A stretch of 64,000 bases of DNA from Parasitella parasitica NRRL 2501 (GCA_025201805.1 MU619251.1:248001-312000); one strand, 5' to 3'; shown: positions 12,515 through 25,352, numbered from the stretch's first letter. Program-made: numbers and translations. The notes: generated from the sequence alone by a model not told the origin.

Positions 12515-13854
12515 CTAATTTGACCATCCCAAGCCAGACTTAACCCAGGTACCGTCTTTTGAGAATAGTGCCAGTGTATTGATGATTTCAAAGCACAATG
12601 GCTCTAATTGAGAGTGCTGGGATCTAGCGTTTAAAACAGAGTCTAATGCCAAGATAAGTTTCGGATTGTCAAACGCATTTTGAACTATCGTGGAGGTACA
12701 AGATTCCCAATTTTTTGTTGCTAATGGATCTGACGACGACGATGGCACATTCACTGGCCGGCCTTGAACAACAAACGTGCAAAGGGTGGACAAAAATTGG
12801 GCATTGACCCAGTTTTCCAATTGATCAGACCGAATCACTTTTTGTATAGCTATTGCAGAGTCGATCAGTTGTCCACCGGCTAAAAACCAATCTAGCTCTA
12901 CATGTGTTTCTTGCCGTCTGGAAGCTACTTTAGCAAGCGTCGTTGCTGTATACAATAGTGCACACAGTTTCTGCTGCGGGCTCTGCGAGTAGCTGTTTGA
13001 CCACACAGCCATGTAGGTCTTGATCAAGTCAGATTTGCTCTTTAGCAAAAGCTTCACTGCTGACTGGAATGTATTGTTCCCGTCAATCTTGCCATCGAAT
13101 CTCTGGTCAGCACGGATCAGATCAAACAGGATGGTGTTGACAAAATGTGTATTGTTGACTTGGTTTTCTCCAGAGTAGGGCTGGCAGTAGTCAAGGATAG
13201 CGGAAGCATCCAGATAGGAAGAGGCATAGTATGCTAATGCCTGCGTGATAATTTCAGGCAGATCATGCTCGATACCAAAGGATAGCTGGACTAGCGGTTG
13301 TATTTGAGACCCAATAGATGGATTGATAGAGTAAAAGTATCTGTCCATTGTCTCTTCCAAACCCAATGCAGACAGCTGTCTATCAAAGAAAGCCAGATAA
13401 TCGCCATATGAACTATAGCAGGAATAGAGTGAGAGAAAGCCGGTTATCATTTTATGGAGAGGGTACTATACCAAGACATCCCGAGAAATTCAGTCCAGTT
13501 TTGCTCATTGATCTTGTCGCACGAATCCGAGACATGGATGGTTGCAACATCCAGTTTTGTCTTTTCGTATGCAATGGCTAGCTGGTCTTTGGTAGCTGTC
13601 AGAGCAAAAAGAAACCAGTTAACTTTACGCACCTCGCAAGCAAGAACAATAAATATTTATATACCTTGAAACCTGTGAAGATTTACAAGCACTCGGATAA
13701 TGTTATTGGGCCGATCTCTTTTTTCCATATGATACAACAAGTGGTTTTCATGTACGATATCCAGCAATAAAGACCTGTCGATAGATAAATTTTCCTGAAT
13801 GTACTCTAGAGATGAGAAAGGCGCTTGTTTTTGAGCAATCGTTTGACGAAGCAT
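12515..13854 (-). CDS. Questin oxidase/HypA/AflY-like (DUF4243) protein, divergent
   Basis: Exons 13854-13665, 13595-13472 and 13412-12515 give INEQNWTEFLG..YGDYLAFFDRQL..GLEETMDRY..QPLVQLSFGIE..IITQALAY, which matches the family pattern as I recall it. Confidence 0.72.
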
Positions 13855-14255
13855 TGTTTAAAAAGTGTAGATGAAAAGGATAAAACAGACAGGAAGATGC
13901 TCTTGCACCATGTATTTATATGCGAATCAAAAAAGTCACCCTGCCTGCTGCTGCTTCATTTAGTTGTTGTAACACCAATCTCTAAATGTAGGATAAAAAT
14001 AGGTTAGATGGTCTTGAATGCTTCTATTCTTATCTCCTTTGCGATTGGTAAGGCTTTGTGATTCTCTGAAGATATCGACATTATGAAGAAAAAGAAATGA
14101 ATTACATGGTCTTATCAGATTTAGTGCACAACTGCTTCTCATCACACGTTCAACTCTCAGAAAAACAAGGCCATAATACCACAGTACCACAAATAATATT
14201 ATAATAATTGTGCTAACTTGTGCTTTCATCGACTTTATGGAAGGAGGAAAAACAG

Positions 14256-14279
14256 ACACACACACACACACACACACAC
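14256..14279. repeat. (CA)n microsatellite
   Basis: Seen directly. Confidence 0.9.
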
Positions 14280-15378
14280 CGTGTTCTAGATGTCTGTATA
14301 TCCTGATTCCAGCCGTATTTAAATCTCCCTCATTTCGATAAACGTTTGCCCTGGATACAAAATGATGCGGCAGAGATTAAGCATCCCCTAAATGTGATAT
14401 ATAGTGTGTATGCACACAAAAATGTAATCCATTTCTCTTCCAAGCACAAGTACACATCAACACATTTGAATTCGTCTCTCTCCTCCCTGGGGTTGCTTTC
14501 TTGATTTTGAAACAACCTCAAGGTGAGTTTTGTCACATTGTTTTAGTTTCCTTTGAATTGGGGGCGCCATATCCCACAGCTTAAATAGTCATTGTAAATC
14601 GGCTACATTTACGATAATTTTGTATATCGGCAAAATGAAATGATCGTAATGCAACAGATAAGCATGCGATTCATATTAGTTTTCTTTTTGGATGCAGGCA
14701 CATAGCCCTAACTTTGCTCATCATAGGAGATTATAGTAGACACAGACATAAAACGAGCCAAACTTTCAAGGTAATAAACTCTTACATTGGTCGCATATAC
14801 CTCAGCATTAGTTTTAATATTAGCGGTTAATCAGTGCATATGGATAAACATTAGTATCATCAGAGTGGGTAGATGTATACTCTGTCAATCTCAGTTAAAA
14901 TTCGGAACATTACATGTCGCAGGGAAAAAAAAAAAAAAGAGCGCAAAACCTGCCTGCTTGACTGTTTCAAAGTACTAGGCTGTTTCAACGTATATGAAGT
15001 GGTAGTAGTATAGATCTCCCGTAGCAGGCAGAGGAAGAGGTCTCTAACTGAAGCAGTGTATACATATCATCTAGCAACATTATGGCTACATTGCTTTATA
15101 CTTGGCCTTGTGCATATAATTTCCCTACGTACACAAGATTTTAGCCAGAAAGTAATATTTTTGAACGAGTACAATGAACACATCAACAAGTTGAATAAAG
15201 AATGGAAATAGGAACCTGCATTACAACCTTTCATGACACACTAGAAACTAACAATATTGAGGCAAGAGGTACAGTTTATATTTATATGTAAACAAGGTGT
15301 TTACGTTCTTGAAAGGGTTGTCACGCAAATAGAGCAAACCAAAGTTTGCGTGTCAACAACATGCTACTGTGCTATTGT

Positions 15379-17195
15379 TTACAAAGGTATGCTTCCATGT
15401 TTCTTCCATGGATTCTGTAGCGATTTCGATTTCAGCAATTCCAGCTGCTCTATTAATCTAGCCCTGGTTTCTCTGCATTGGAAAACGGGTGAGTAAAATG
15501 GCCATCGAGTGTGAAAGTACAACATGTACCTTGGGGGGATAATGTCATCCAAATACCCTCTTTTTGCAGCAAACAAAGGCGTGGTAAATTTGTCCTTGTA
15601 CTCTTTTCTCATAGCTTCCTTGTCAGGATGATTTCTAAAAATGATTTCCACAGCGCCTTTTGCTCCCATGACAGCAATTTCAGCTGAAGGCCATGCCACA
15701 CTATCAACCGCACTAAGCAGGACGTCTTCAACCAAAATATGCAAACTTACTTGTAATCGCCCCGCAAATGCTTTGAGCTCATGACAATATAAGCACCACC
15801 ATAAGCTTTACGTGTGATAACTGTTAATTTGGGAACTGTAGCCTCGCAGTAGGCATACAGCAATTTGGCACCGTGTCTTATGATGCCTGCATGTTCCTGG
15901 GCTGTCCCAGGCATAAATCCAGGCACATCGACTAATGTGACCAGGGGAATATTGAATGCATCGCAGAATCTAATAAATCGAGCAGCTTTTACAGAGGCGT
16001 CCATGTCGAGTGCGCCTGATGAGACAAGGGGCTGATTTGCCACCACGCCTACAGATTCTCCATTCAACCTTGCAAACCCAATCAACATGTTGCTAGCAAA
16101 ATTGGGTGATATTTCAAAGTAGGAATGCGCATCCACTATTCTTCCAATCACTTCCTTCATGTCGTACGCAATGTTTGAGCTTGCAGGGATGATGGTGTCC
16201 AAGGCAGCATCTTGGCGATCGACGGGGTCGTCGCAAGGCTGATTTGGTAGCTTATCTCTGTTGGATGAAGGCAGGTAGGGGAAAAAGTCCCGCATGCCTT
16301 GAATGGCTTCGATGTCATTAGCAAACGAACGGTGGGCGACTCCAGTTTTTGTGGTGTGTGTCCGAGCTCCACCAAGGACCTCCTGCGACACATGCTCGTT
16401 GGTAACAGCCTTGACGACATCTGGGCCTGTGACAAACATGTAGGAAGTATCCTGCACCATAAAAGTAAAATCCGTCAAGGCAGGCGAGTACACGGCACCA
16501 CCTGCACAAGGGCCCAAAATGAGTGATATTTGGGGCACTACACCTGAAGCAAGCACATTTTTCTGGAATATGTCTGCATATCCTGCCAGTGAATCAACGC
16601 CCTCTTGGATACGAGCTCCACCAGAATCCTGCAAGCCTATAATAGGAGCACCAACCAACATGGCTTGATCCATCACTTTTAATATCTTGTTGGCGTTGGT
16701 TCGGCTTAATGAGCCTCCTAGAACTGTGAAATCCTGGCTATATACAAACACACGACGTCCGTGAATAGTGCCATGACCGCTAACAATACCATCCCCAGGA
16801 ATCCTGTTCTGTGCCATGTTGAAGTCAGTACAGCCATGTTCAACAAAGGCGTCGTATTCTCGAAAAGAGTCTTTATCTAACAGCAATCCAAGTCGCTCTC
16901 TCGCTGTGAGTTTACCCTATTAAAATTTAAGTCTTTTTTTTTTTTTTTTTTTCCCTCAGGGATACGCTTTTTTTTTTACCTTGGCATGTTGAGCGTCTTG
17001 CTTTGCTTTCCCTCCACCCAAAATGCTCTCTTTGCGTTTCTTGTCAACCGCTGCTGCTGTTGTGTAATAGATATAACACGTCTATTTTGTGCGGTGGTAA
17101 ATCAGATTGGCCATAGCACGATAATGAATGTTTACTTTGTATGGTTTGATCAATGGCTTGTTGATAATTCGCTTGATTGTAGGTAATAGTAGCAT
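15379..17195 (-). CDS. PCCB: Propionyl-CoA carboxylase beta subunit, mitochondrial
   Basis: Multi-exon. Basic N-terminal presequence [13 protein letters not shown], then [14 protein letters not shown]|[73 protein letters not shown], and C-terminal [10 protein letters not shown]. Confidence 0.95.
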
Positions 17196-19902
17196 TACAC
17201 GATAGAGCAGGATGAAAAAGCATTGCCGGAACCCCCTTCCAAAAGCAATTATTATTCGCATCATTCAATAGCCGCCCTCGACATCTCGAAAGATGCTTAC
17301 TACGATGGGATCCCGTCAAACAGTGCTATGGCTTGCAAAATCACTGCTAATCAACCGCAAAACGCCAAAGAAACGCGATAAATAGACAGATCGGCCTCTT
17401 ATTTTTCAGGCAACAATGTAAGTATTCTCGTCAGCTGAATATTATCAAGCTCAAGTTAAAGATTAGAAAATAAGCTTCATTCTCTGCAGCTTTTGATGGC
17501 CTATATCATGACTTTTTTTTTTTAACCGATTCAAGAGCTCAAAAACGACATCCTGCTCCAATTGGAAATTCTTCTGGGCATTATCTCAGAATCTACCATA
17601 GTTTAACGAAATGCCATGTATAGACTTATTACGCACACGGTTCCCACTAAATGTCTGATTCTCTCTTTTGCCCCATCTGTAACCTCGAGAAAAATGCCGT
17701 TCATTTTCTTTTCCTCTATCCCCGTCTGCATGGCAAGCCATCATCTTCGAATTTCTGTGGCCTACTGTCTCTGTCAGTGATACCGTTTGTGCTTGCTTGT
17801 CTCTGGACTTCACGGATATACAGTGTGTGTCCAAAAAATACGCTACTGTACCCATGATAGTTCTGGTCACACTGGGTAACATCTAGAGGGTCCTAATGAA
17901 AGTAATCTTTCACTCGGCACCCTTCAAATGACCTGATGTAGTCAAAAGAAATCAAAGAGAATATACTTTCAATCCATGACAAAGTAGAGATACATAACCA
18001 GCCTCTCTCTTTTTCAACACGGCCATTTTTGTATCTAGATCTTTCACTGACTTCAATAGACTTTTACTTTTCAATTGCGCCCGCCTCTTGATAGATCCCT
18101 AGGAACCTATCTACACGGAGCAATCAATAAAACCAATTTTTTTTCACCAAGAAAATTCCTTCCTCATGAAAAACGATAGATTTGCTATTTTTCAAATGAG
18201 GTTTTTCACTATTGGTCTTTATAAGTCGAAAATAATCAAATTAGCTCCCATAAAAAAAAAAAACTACAAAATTGCTATTTAAAGCATTATTTAGATTTTT
18301 AAGCAAAAACCATTCTTTCATTTAATCTAAATTTTTTGGATATGAATCAGCTAAAACTTGTACGGCTAGATGCTAAATATATATATATATATATTACAAA
18401 GTTTACTTATTTACAGTATCCACTGTTTTTAATCATTTTTAAAGATTTCCGACGAAAATATCATGAAATAATCTAGGATCATCCCAAATTCATCAACATG
18501 CAGAAAATGAAAGCATGTACTTTGAAGCACGTTGGGCAGTAGCGGCAGCAGCCGTCTTGTTTTTCAACCATCGAGATGCTTCCGGTATCAAATCTAACAT
18601 CCAAAATTTCAATACTAGTCCTGATTAAGATATGTTCAAAGTTATTGTCTCTGCGGTAAAAATAAAAGATATGTATATATATATATATGTATACATATAT
18701 GACTTTATTTACAAAATAATTCAGTGATGGAGTGTACATTGAGAAAGCTAGCTATCAAATTTTATTCATAGCAATAGACATTGAGCAAAAAATACAGGTA
18801 AATTATATTATCGTTTACGTAGTAGAAGCTGGTCTGAACAGCGATTTTATACAAGTATGTGTTATCACTAACTCTTCTGGTTTTTTATGTCGCAGCATTT
18901 ACAATAACAATGATGACCCCAACAGCAACCTGGATGACCATCTATGATCAGGCAACTGTGCATGGATGCAATTGGACATGAAAAAAATAAATAAAAATAA
19001 AAACAAATAGATGATTGAGCAGTTGAAGCTGAAACTGTATTCTCCTCTTCCTTTTCCTGACATAGCAATCAGAACATAATCCAAAGACATACACAATTAT
19101 TCATAATCTATTATGTATGATGCAACTTTTACATGAAAGAGAGAGAGAGAGCTTTATTCGGGTTCATGATAATAATCACTTATGTTTCTGTGGCCAATGC
19201 TACATTAGGGCTCTGTTCAGTATAGTAATGTGACGAATGGAGCGTTTTGTATAGATAAATTAGTATTTGACAATAGCTATGAAAATCGAGTTAATTTTTC
19301 TTTTTTGTTCGCATGTTACGAAATTAAGCTTACAGTGGCTATATATGCATAATAGAGAGAGCGTTAGCAAGCAATGTTATCTGGTTTTTTTTTTTTTTAC
19401 ATAAATCAACCACAGAGACACTTACACAATCACTAGAGCGATGTGATGCTAAAATATAAATTGGTTACAAATTTCATTGCCGACAACAGGGAGTTGAACT
19501 TACATGAACCACAGAAAAAACAATTGATGGGCGCAGACTTTTTTTGTTGTATTTGCTGTCGTCTTTTCGCTATAACCATAATACTTTGTGAAATGAATGG
19601 ATGAAAAAAGGGAGGAGAAAGAGAATAAAAAAGAAGCTTTATTTCAAGCAAGATGTGTATTATTATATTCATATTCTAGGCTCATCATCTTGACACTTTG
19701 GAACCTAAAAAGAGAGAGCACACAGACACATGATACGAAATGTACCAGTGATAACGAATTTGTTTATTTAATCGAAACATCAAGCTGACCTAGTTGAAAT
19801 AAAGAGAAATTTGATATAGAAGCTTGCAGAAGAATCAACGTATATATATATCCTGCTGTGTGTTATGGTTGCACATTGATAGTGTATGCATACATGTGTA
19901 TG

Positions 19903-21011
19903 TTAAAAGTTGACCAAGTGAATATACTCATCACTCAAGCTATAGATTTGGCCATCATCGGCCAACTCGTCAAGCGACTTCAGTACTTCGGCCTCAGTGA
20001 ACATGTTTTTCAAATGCGAGATGATGTTTGAGATGTGGCTTCCTGCTTCTTCATCCCCACACACTTTGATTGCACGCTTTACAATGCTGTTGATGTTGTT
20101 TCTGCCGATTTGATGCGAGAAAAACGGCGAAAAAGATGGCTTCTGCATATTGTTGGCATTTAGTTGTAAAAAAAAAAAAATCACTGCCGATAGTCAGCAA
20201 GCAATATGTATACCTTTTCGATCGTCATCTCCAAATGGGCATGAAGAGCATTAAGGAAATGAAATGAAACTTCATTACCATTCTCAATACGAATGATGCT
20301 ATGTGAAACACAGTACATGCGATCAGAAAATGATTGAAGGCGACCGAACACTTTCACATATACGTCGCATCTGTTATGTAAAAGCTTAGTGCTAAGTTTC
20401 GTGACAAAAACTAATGCCAAGCGTATGTACATCCTTACGTTTGCATTTCTGGTGAGTTCAGCTCAGCTTGTTGAGCCAAACCTTCGGCTTCAAGCATGTT
20501 CCATTGCTTGATATCGATAGAGCCTGTGCCATCTTCTATCATATAAGTGTTGTATGATTGTTGTTGCACCATGGTGCGAATAATGCCAACCAAGCACACC
20601 TATTTTACCAGTGAATGACAAGATTAGAACATGTACATTTTTACAGGCATTTCAAGGATACTTGCATCAGTCAATTCCTTTCCTTCGAGTAAAAAACGAT
20701 CTTCTACCGGCTTTACCCGTCTCTTTACCTGAGCAATTGTCAACGGGATACATGTTCTGATATTAGTAGCTACTTTTTTCTTGTATGTACGGGTATTTAG
20801 CTCAGTATTATATATATATGTATATATATACCATGTGCTTTTACTTACTCCTTTGTAAGCATCAGTCCCATTACTGAGATTATCAGTGGTGGGCGAGGTA
20901 AATGTTTCAGCTTGAAATTTGTTATAAACAGCTTTAAAGAAATTATCAGTGTTATTTTCCTTGTGAGCATACGTCAAATCTGTTTCGATCTCATAGCTTA
21001 CCCTGCACCAT
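19903..21011 (-). CDS. Replication protein A 32-kDa subunit-like (OB fold plus C-terminal winged helix), divergent
   Basis: Spliced: MVQA.., CIPLTIAQV, VCLVGIIR..YMIEDGTGSIDIKQW, YVKVFGRLQSF, NEVSFHFLNALHAHL, and ELADDGQIYSLSDEY (RPA2 winged helix). One intron is GC-AG. Confidence 0.85.
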
Positions 21012-21215
21012 AATACAGGGTATTATTTTGTATCGATGAATTGATAAAGAGTTTGGAAAACACATTTGGTTTGAAATCGTTTTCAATATACTTTATACCT
21101 GATGTGTCGGACGCTAAAATTGAAAATGTGCTTAAAATGCATCGATTCATGCACACACTTTTTATTAAATTTCCTTCCCTTCGCTTTTTTTATTTTTTTT
21201 TCAAAAAAAAAAAAA

Positions 21216-23021
21216 ATGGAAAACAAAATGACAAACGAAATGTTAAACACAATTGATGAATACGTGGGACTCCAAGGAGCATCCATTGCGCTTTTGTCCT
21301 TGGCTGTTTTACCTATTGTAGCTGGTTCGATCTGCTCACTCAAATTACTGCAAAGCGCAAGCAGTGAACCCATCAAAACTGAAAAGAAATCGCCGTCTCC
21401 CGGTAGCAGCATTGGCCGTTCACGCTCACGCTCACGCTCAAATTCGGTTAGGACTCATCGCTACCCCACCAGAAACCTTGACCGCGACGATAGCAGCGAT
21501 GATGACGAGGGTTTGATCGAGAAGATTGACATCTCAAAGGTAATCGATATCAAGGATACATTTTTATTTCCTATTATTGCGTCTGGGTTGGTTTATGCGG
21601 CATCCCATTTGGTTGAAATTGTGGACCCGTTATATGTCAATAATTTCTTTATGGTATCGACCTCAATTCTGTCAATGACAGTGTTATCAAGTACGGCTAC
21701 TATTTTAGCAGAGGCTCTTTTGCCTAAGCGTGTGTTTGATAATATCGGGAGATTCAAGTTTAGCTATACCAAGAAGGACAAGAGTAAGTGAACTGAATGC
21801 GGTGATGAACAAAAAGAGAGCGAGTTAATTTAAAGCTCATCCACAGAATTGTGTCATTTGAATGTCACTTTGATTCACTTGTTCATTATCGCTGTTTCCA
21901 TTCAGTTAGCTGCAACTTATGCATTAACTCAACATTGGGTCATTGGTAACTTGTTTGCCATCAGTCTCGCTATTCAAGTTATCCGATGCCTTACTTTGGA
22001 TTCGCTTGGTACCGGTTATCTGTTGCTGTGTGGTATGTTGGCCTTTGACTTCTTTTGGGTTTTCGGCACGGATACGATGGAACACCTCTCAAAGGTTTTG
22101 GTCTATGCTCCAACAAGTGTTGTATGGCCAAGAAACATCAACACCTATGTTTACGACACCTTTCTGAAGAAGGACCACTATTTTACCATGTTTGGGTTAG
22201 GCGAAATAATTGTGCCAGGTTAGTTTAGTGTACGTACATGAAAAGAGGTCAGATTGACATCCGTCGCACTAGGCATCTTTATTGCTTATTGCTTGCGAAT
22301 CGATAAACTGAACGCATGGAGATATCACAAACGCGATACCTCTTTCAGAAAACCTTACTTTACGTTGGCTTTGGTTGCTTATACGCTTGCTGCCGGTGCT
22401 TCCATCTACGCTGTTCATTTCACTAAAAAGGCACAGTCGGCGTTTTTGTATGTCGTACCTGCATTGATCTTGACAACACTTGTTTTGGCCACCTACAGAG
22501 GTGAATTGAGAGCAGTCTGGGACTATTATGATGTTTTGGACACGTTCAAGGAAATCAACGGATACCGCGTGGAAGAATACAGGCCTACCAGAGAAGAAAG
22601 ATTGGCTGATCGTTACAATACAAGATCAAGCCGCAGTGCTAGTGCAGGTGCAAGAAGAAGCTCAACCGTTGGCGTCGTTGAAGAAGCGTTTGACGAGACA
22701 AGAAAGATGGTCGCACCTATTCTTGGAGAGGCTGCCGAAGCAACTTTGAGCGCAGCTGAGGAAGCTAGAAAAGCAATGACTCCTTATTATGAAGAGGCCG
22801 TGAAAAACACAACCCGAGCTGTTCACGCAGTTGCTACAAAGGTCCAGGAACAGACAGCACTGGATCAAGATACAACCATTGAGCAAGATGTCATTGCGGC
22901 GCATAGGAATGATCCTGTAAAACCCGCCACAAGAGGTCGTGGCCGAGGACGTGGAAGGGGACGAGGCAGGAGCCGATCAACATCTGTCGCTGCAAGAAAG
23001 AGAGCTAGTAAACGAAATTGA
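21216..23021 (+). CDS. Signal peptide peptidase-like (A22B) polytopic membrane protein, probably catalytically impaired
   Basis: Exons ~21216-21784, 21848-22218 and 22273-23021. Motifs HWVIGNLFAIS, LLLCGMLAFDFFWVFGT, FTMFGLGEIIVPG|IFIAYCLRID, KPYF, AQSAFLYVVP. Confidence 0.88.
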
Positions 23022-23441
23022 TTTACAACCAATAGTACCATAAAAAGTGTGTGAAATAGGCCTATATACTTGTGTTCTTGTTTGTATCTTTAGCCAATCT
23101 CATGAGCGATTGTTGCTGGCATGTAGTGATGGTTCTATTGAGAAGCGTTACGATTGAGGTTGTGTGCTATTGTTGTCAGCGAGGAAAACACAGCACATAG
23201 CCATCCTCAAATGCAGCAAGCGTGCATTTTTTTTTTTTTTTTTTGCAATGTTCTGAATACAAGCACCGAACAAGTAGCATTTTGTACAAGATGTCAATTT
23301 ATTTTTATATGCATGCAAAGAAATGGATATTATTCAGCCTCTAAATTTGTACAGTAACTGAGTGAATAGTCGTGGCATTTGGGTGACGATGGATAGTATG
23401 GACTGAATGCGTATAAAGAGGAAGGGCATTCTTCAACTATT

Positions 23442-23814
23442 TTAGATGGCAAGTCTATAAACACCAGCGGATATGAATGCTGCGTCGCATTTAGATTTCT
23501 CTCCAACATTCAATCATTAGCATGTAAACTTACCAGCACCAGCGACGCCCAACCCAACTGCAGTCTTTGCTCTTCCTGGTACTTTATTTACAACGGAGGC
23601 CTCTCGAAGAGCATAGGCGCCTAGCCCTCCAAAGCCTAGTGCACCAGTGATTTTACAGGGTAAGCAGTCTTGATAGACTTGTTGTTCATCGTTTAATGTA
23701 GTAGTGGCAGTGGATTCATTCCCACCGGTCAACGCCGAGTAAATTTTCTAGGGTTGCCATGGTAATTAGCTTTGCCAAGAGCAGCTCAAGAATAATTGTG
23801 CTTACATTTATCAT
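23442..23814 (-). CDS. Small membrane protein, DUF4536/DMAC1-like
   Basis: Exons 23814-23806 (MIN), 23747-23534 and 23479-23442 give QDCLPCKITGALGFGGLGAYAL...AFISAGVYRLAI. Confidence 0.8.
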
Positions 23815-23990
23815 TGCTTGTGCTTGAATCATGAAAAAAAAAAAGAGCTGTTTCTTTTTGTGGAGGAAGCGCTTCATGTTGACACAGAGGATCCGGTCAC
23901 AGACGCTTTCAAAGTATTTTAAAAAATGGTGAAATGGGCCAGAAGAAAAGATGGTGGTTTCTTTTGTATTCAGACAACATCAGATAAAAT

Positions 23991-25352
23991 ATGAAGCCTG
24001 CTCGCGTGCAAGTAAGTGCTCGCTTACTTTTTGCTTGCCACTAGATGGCGCTAATTTTGATCAATGATAGGTAACTCAAGCTCAACTTGACGAATACCTC
24101 AAGGAAAAACGACCTGAAGGTGGAACCTACAATATTTGGCACCACCGTTACTCTGGCCTTGAGAGAGATTTCAACAAAACAAGGTAAGTACCAGTCTTTC
24201 ATTTATACTCCCAATGATACACAGATAAGCTAAAGCGTATATATATATATAAAAAAAAAAAAAAGCGTAAGACCCAAATTCAAGGTCGATATTGCTAGAG
24301 ACGCCGGCGAAACACTAGGTTCTCGAAACAAAAACGCTTACTTTTGTCTGTTCTTTGCAAAGGGGATGTGCTCCAAGGGGTCCAAATGTACCATGTGGCA
24401 TCGAGTACCTACTACAGAAGATGTCTTGGAAACTACCATTGATTGCTTTGGACGTGATAAGTTTACGTAAGTATCTAATTTTGTAAATGGGAATGTTGGT
24501 ATATTAACTCGCTGCCATGTCCCCTGCAGAGAGTTCCGTCAAGATATGGGTGGTGTTGGCGGTTTTATCCGTGAAAATAGGACACTATACATTGGTCGTA
24601 TTACCGTTACAGACGATATAGAGAATGTTGTGAGACGTCAATTTGGCCAATTTGGACCTTTGGAAAGAGGTAAGGCACATGCATCAATGCGACAAGCAAT
24701 TTAACCACCTTTTATAGTAAGAATTTTGCGAGGACGAGGTGTTGGGTTTGTAACATACAAGACTAGAGCAAATGCAGAGTTTGCTAGAGAAGCCATGATG
24801 AATCAATCTCTCGAAAATAATGAAATTGTCAATGTTCGATGGGCTACGGCCGATCCCAATGCTATTGCAAATCGGTTGGACGCAGAAGATGATCGTAAGG
24901 AAGCCGAACGACTTGCAGCATTACAAGCCGAGCACAATATCAATGATGATGATACAGACTACCAGGAAGAAGAGTCTGAGTTGCCAGCACAATCTACTAG
25001 TCTTAAACGCGACGTGGGCGAGGATGGAGTTGGACAGATGGAACAAAAAGCCAAAAAACAACGAACAGATGCTGCAACAGAGGATCCTCCTGCTTACGAA
25101 TACACACAAGAAGACTTTGACAATTATTACAAACAAGAGCAAGAATACTACAAACAGCAGGAACTGGAAGCACAGCAAAACGTAAAAGTGGCAGGAATCA
25201 TTCCTCAAAGTGTACTGTCTAATTTAAAAGCTTTTTCAAAAACTACTGCACCAGCACCTGCGTCTGTCTCTGCGCCATCAACCACAAAATCAGTATTAGG
25301 TAGCTTGGCAACCTATAGCAGTGATAGCGAAGATGATGATGATGATAGATAA
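23991..25352 (+). CDS. CWC2: Pre-mRNA splicing factor Cwc2 (CCCH zinc finger plus RRM)
   Basis: MKPARVQ|, TYNIWHHRYSG, DIARDAGETLG, FCLFFAKGMCSKGSKCTMWHRVP, DCFGRDKF, DMGGVG, NRTLYIG, GFVTY..NAEFAREAM, NVRWATADPN. Confidence 0.93.

Noticed and set aside
17586-19100. Small ORFs between PCCB and the RPA2-like gene
   Set aside because: No motif and no convincing exon chain.
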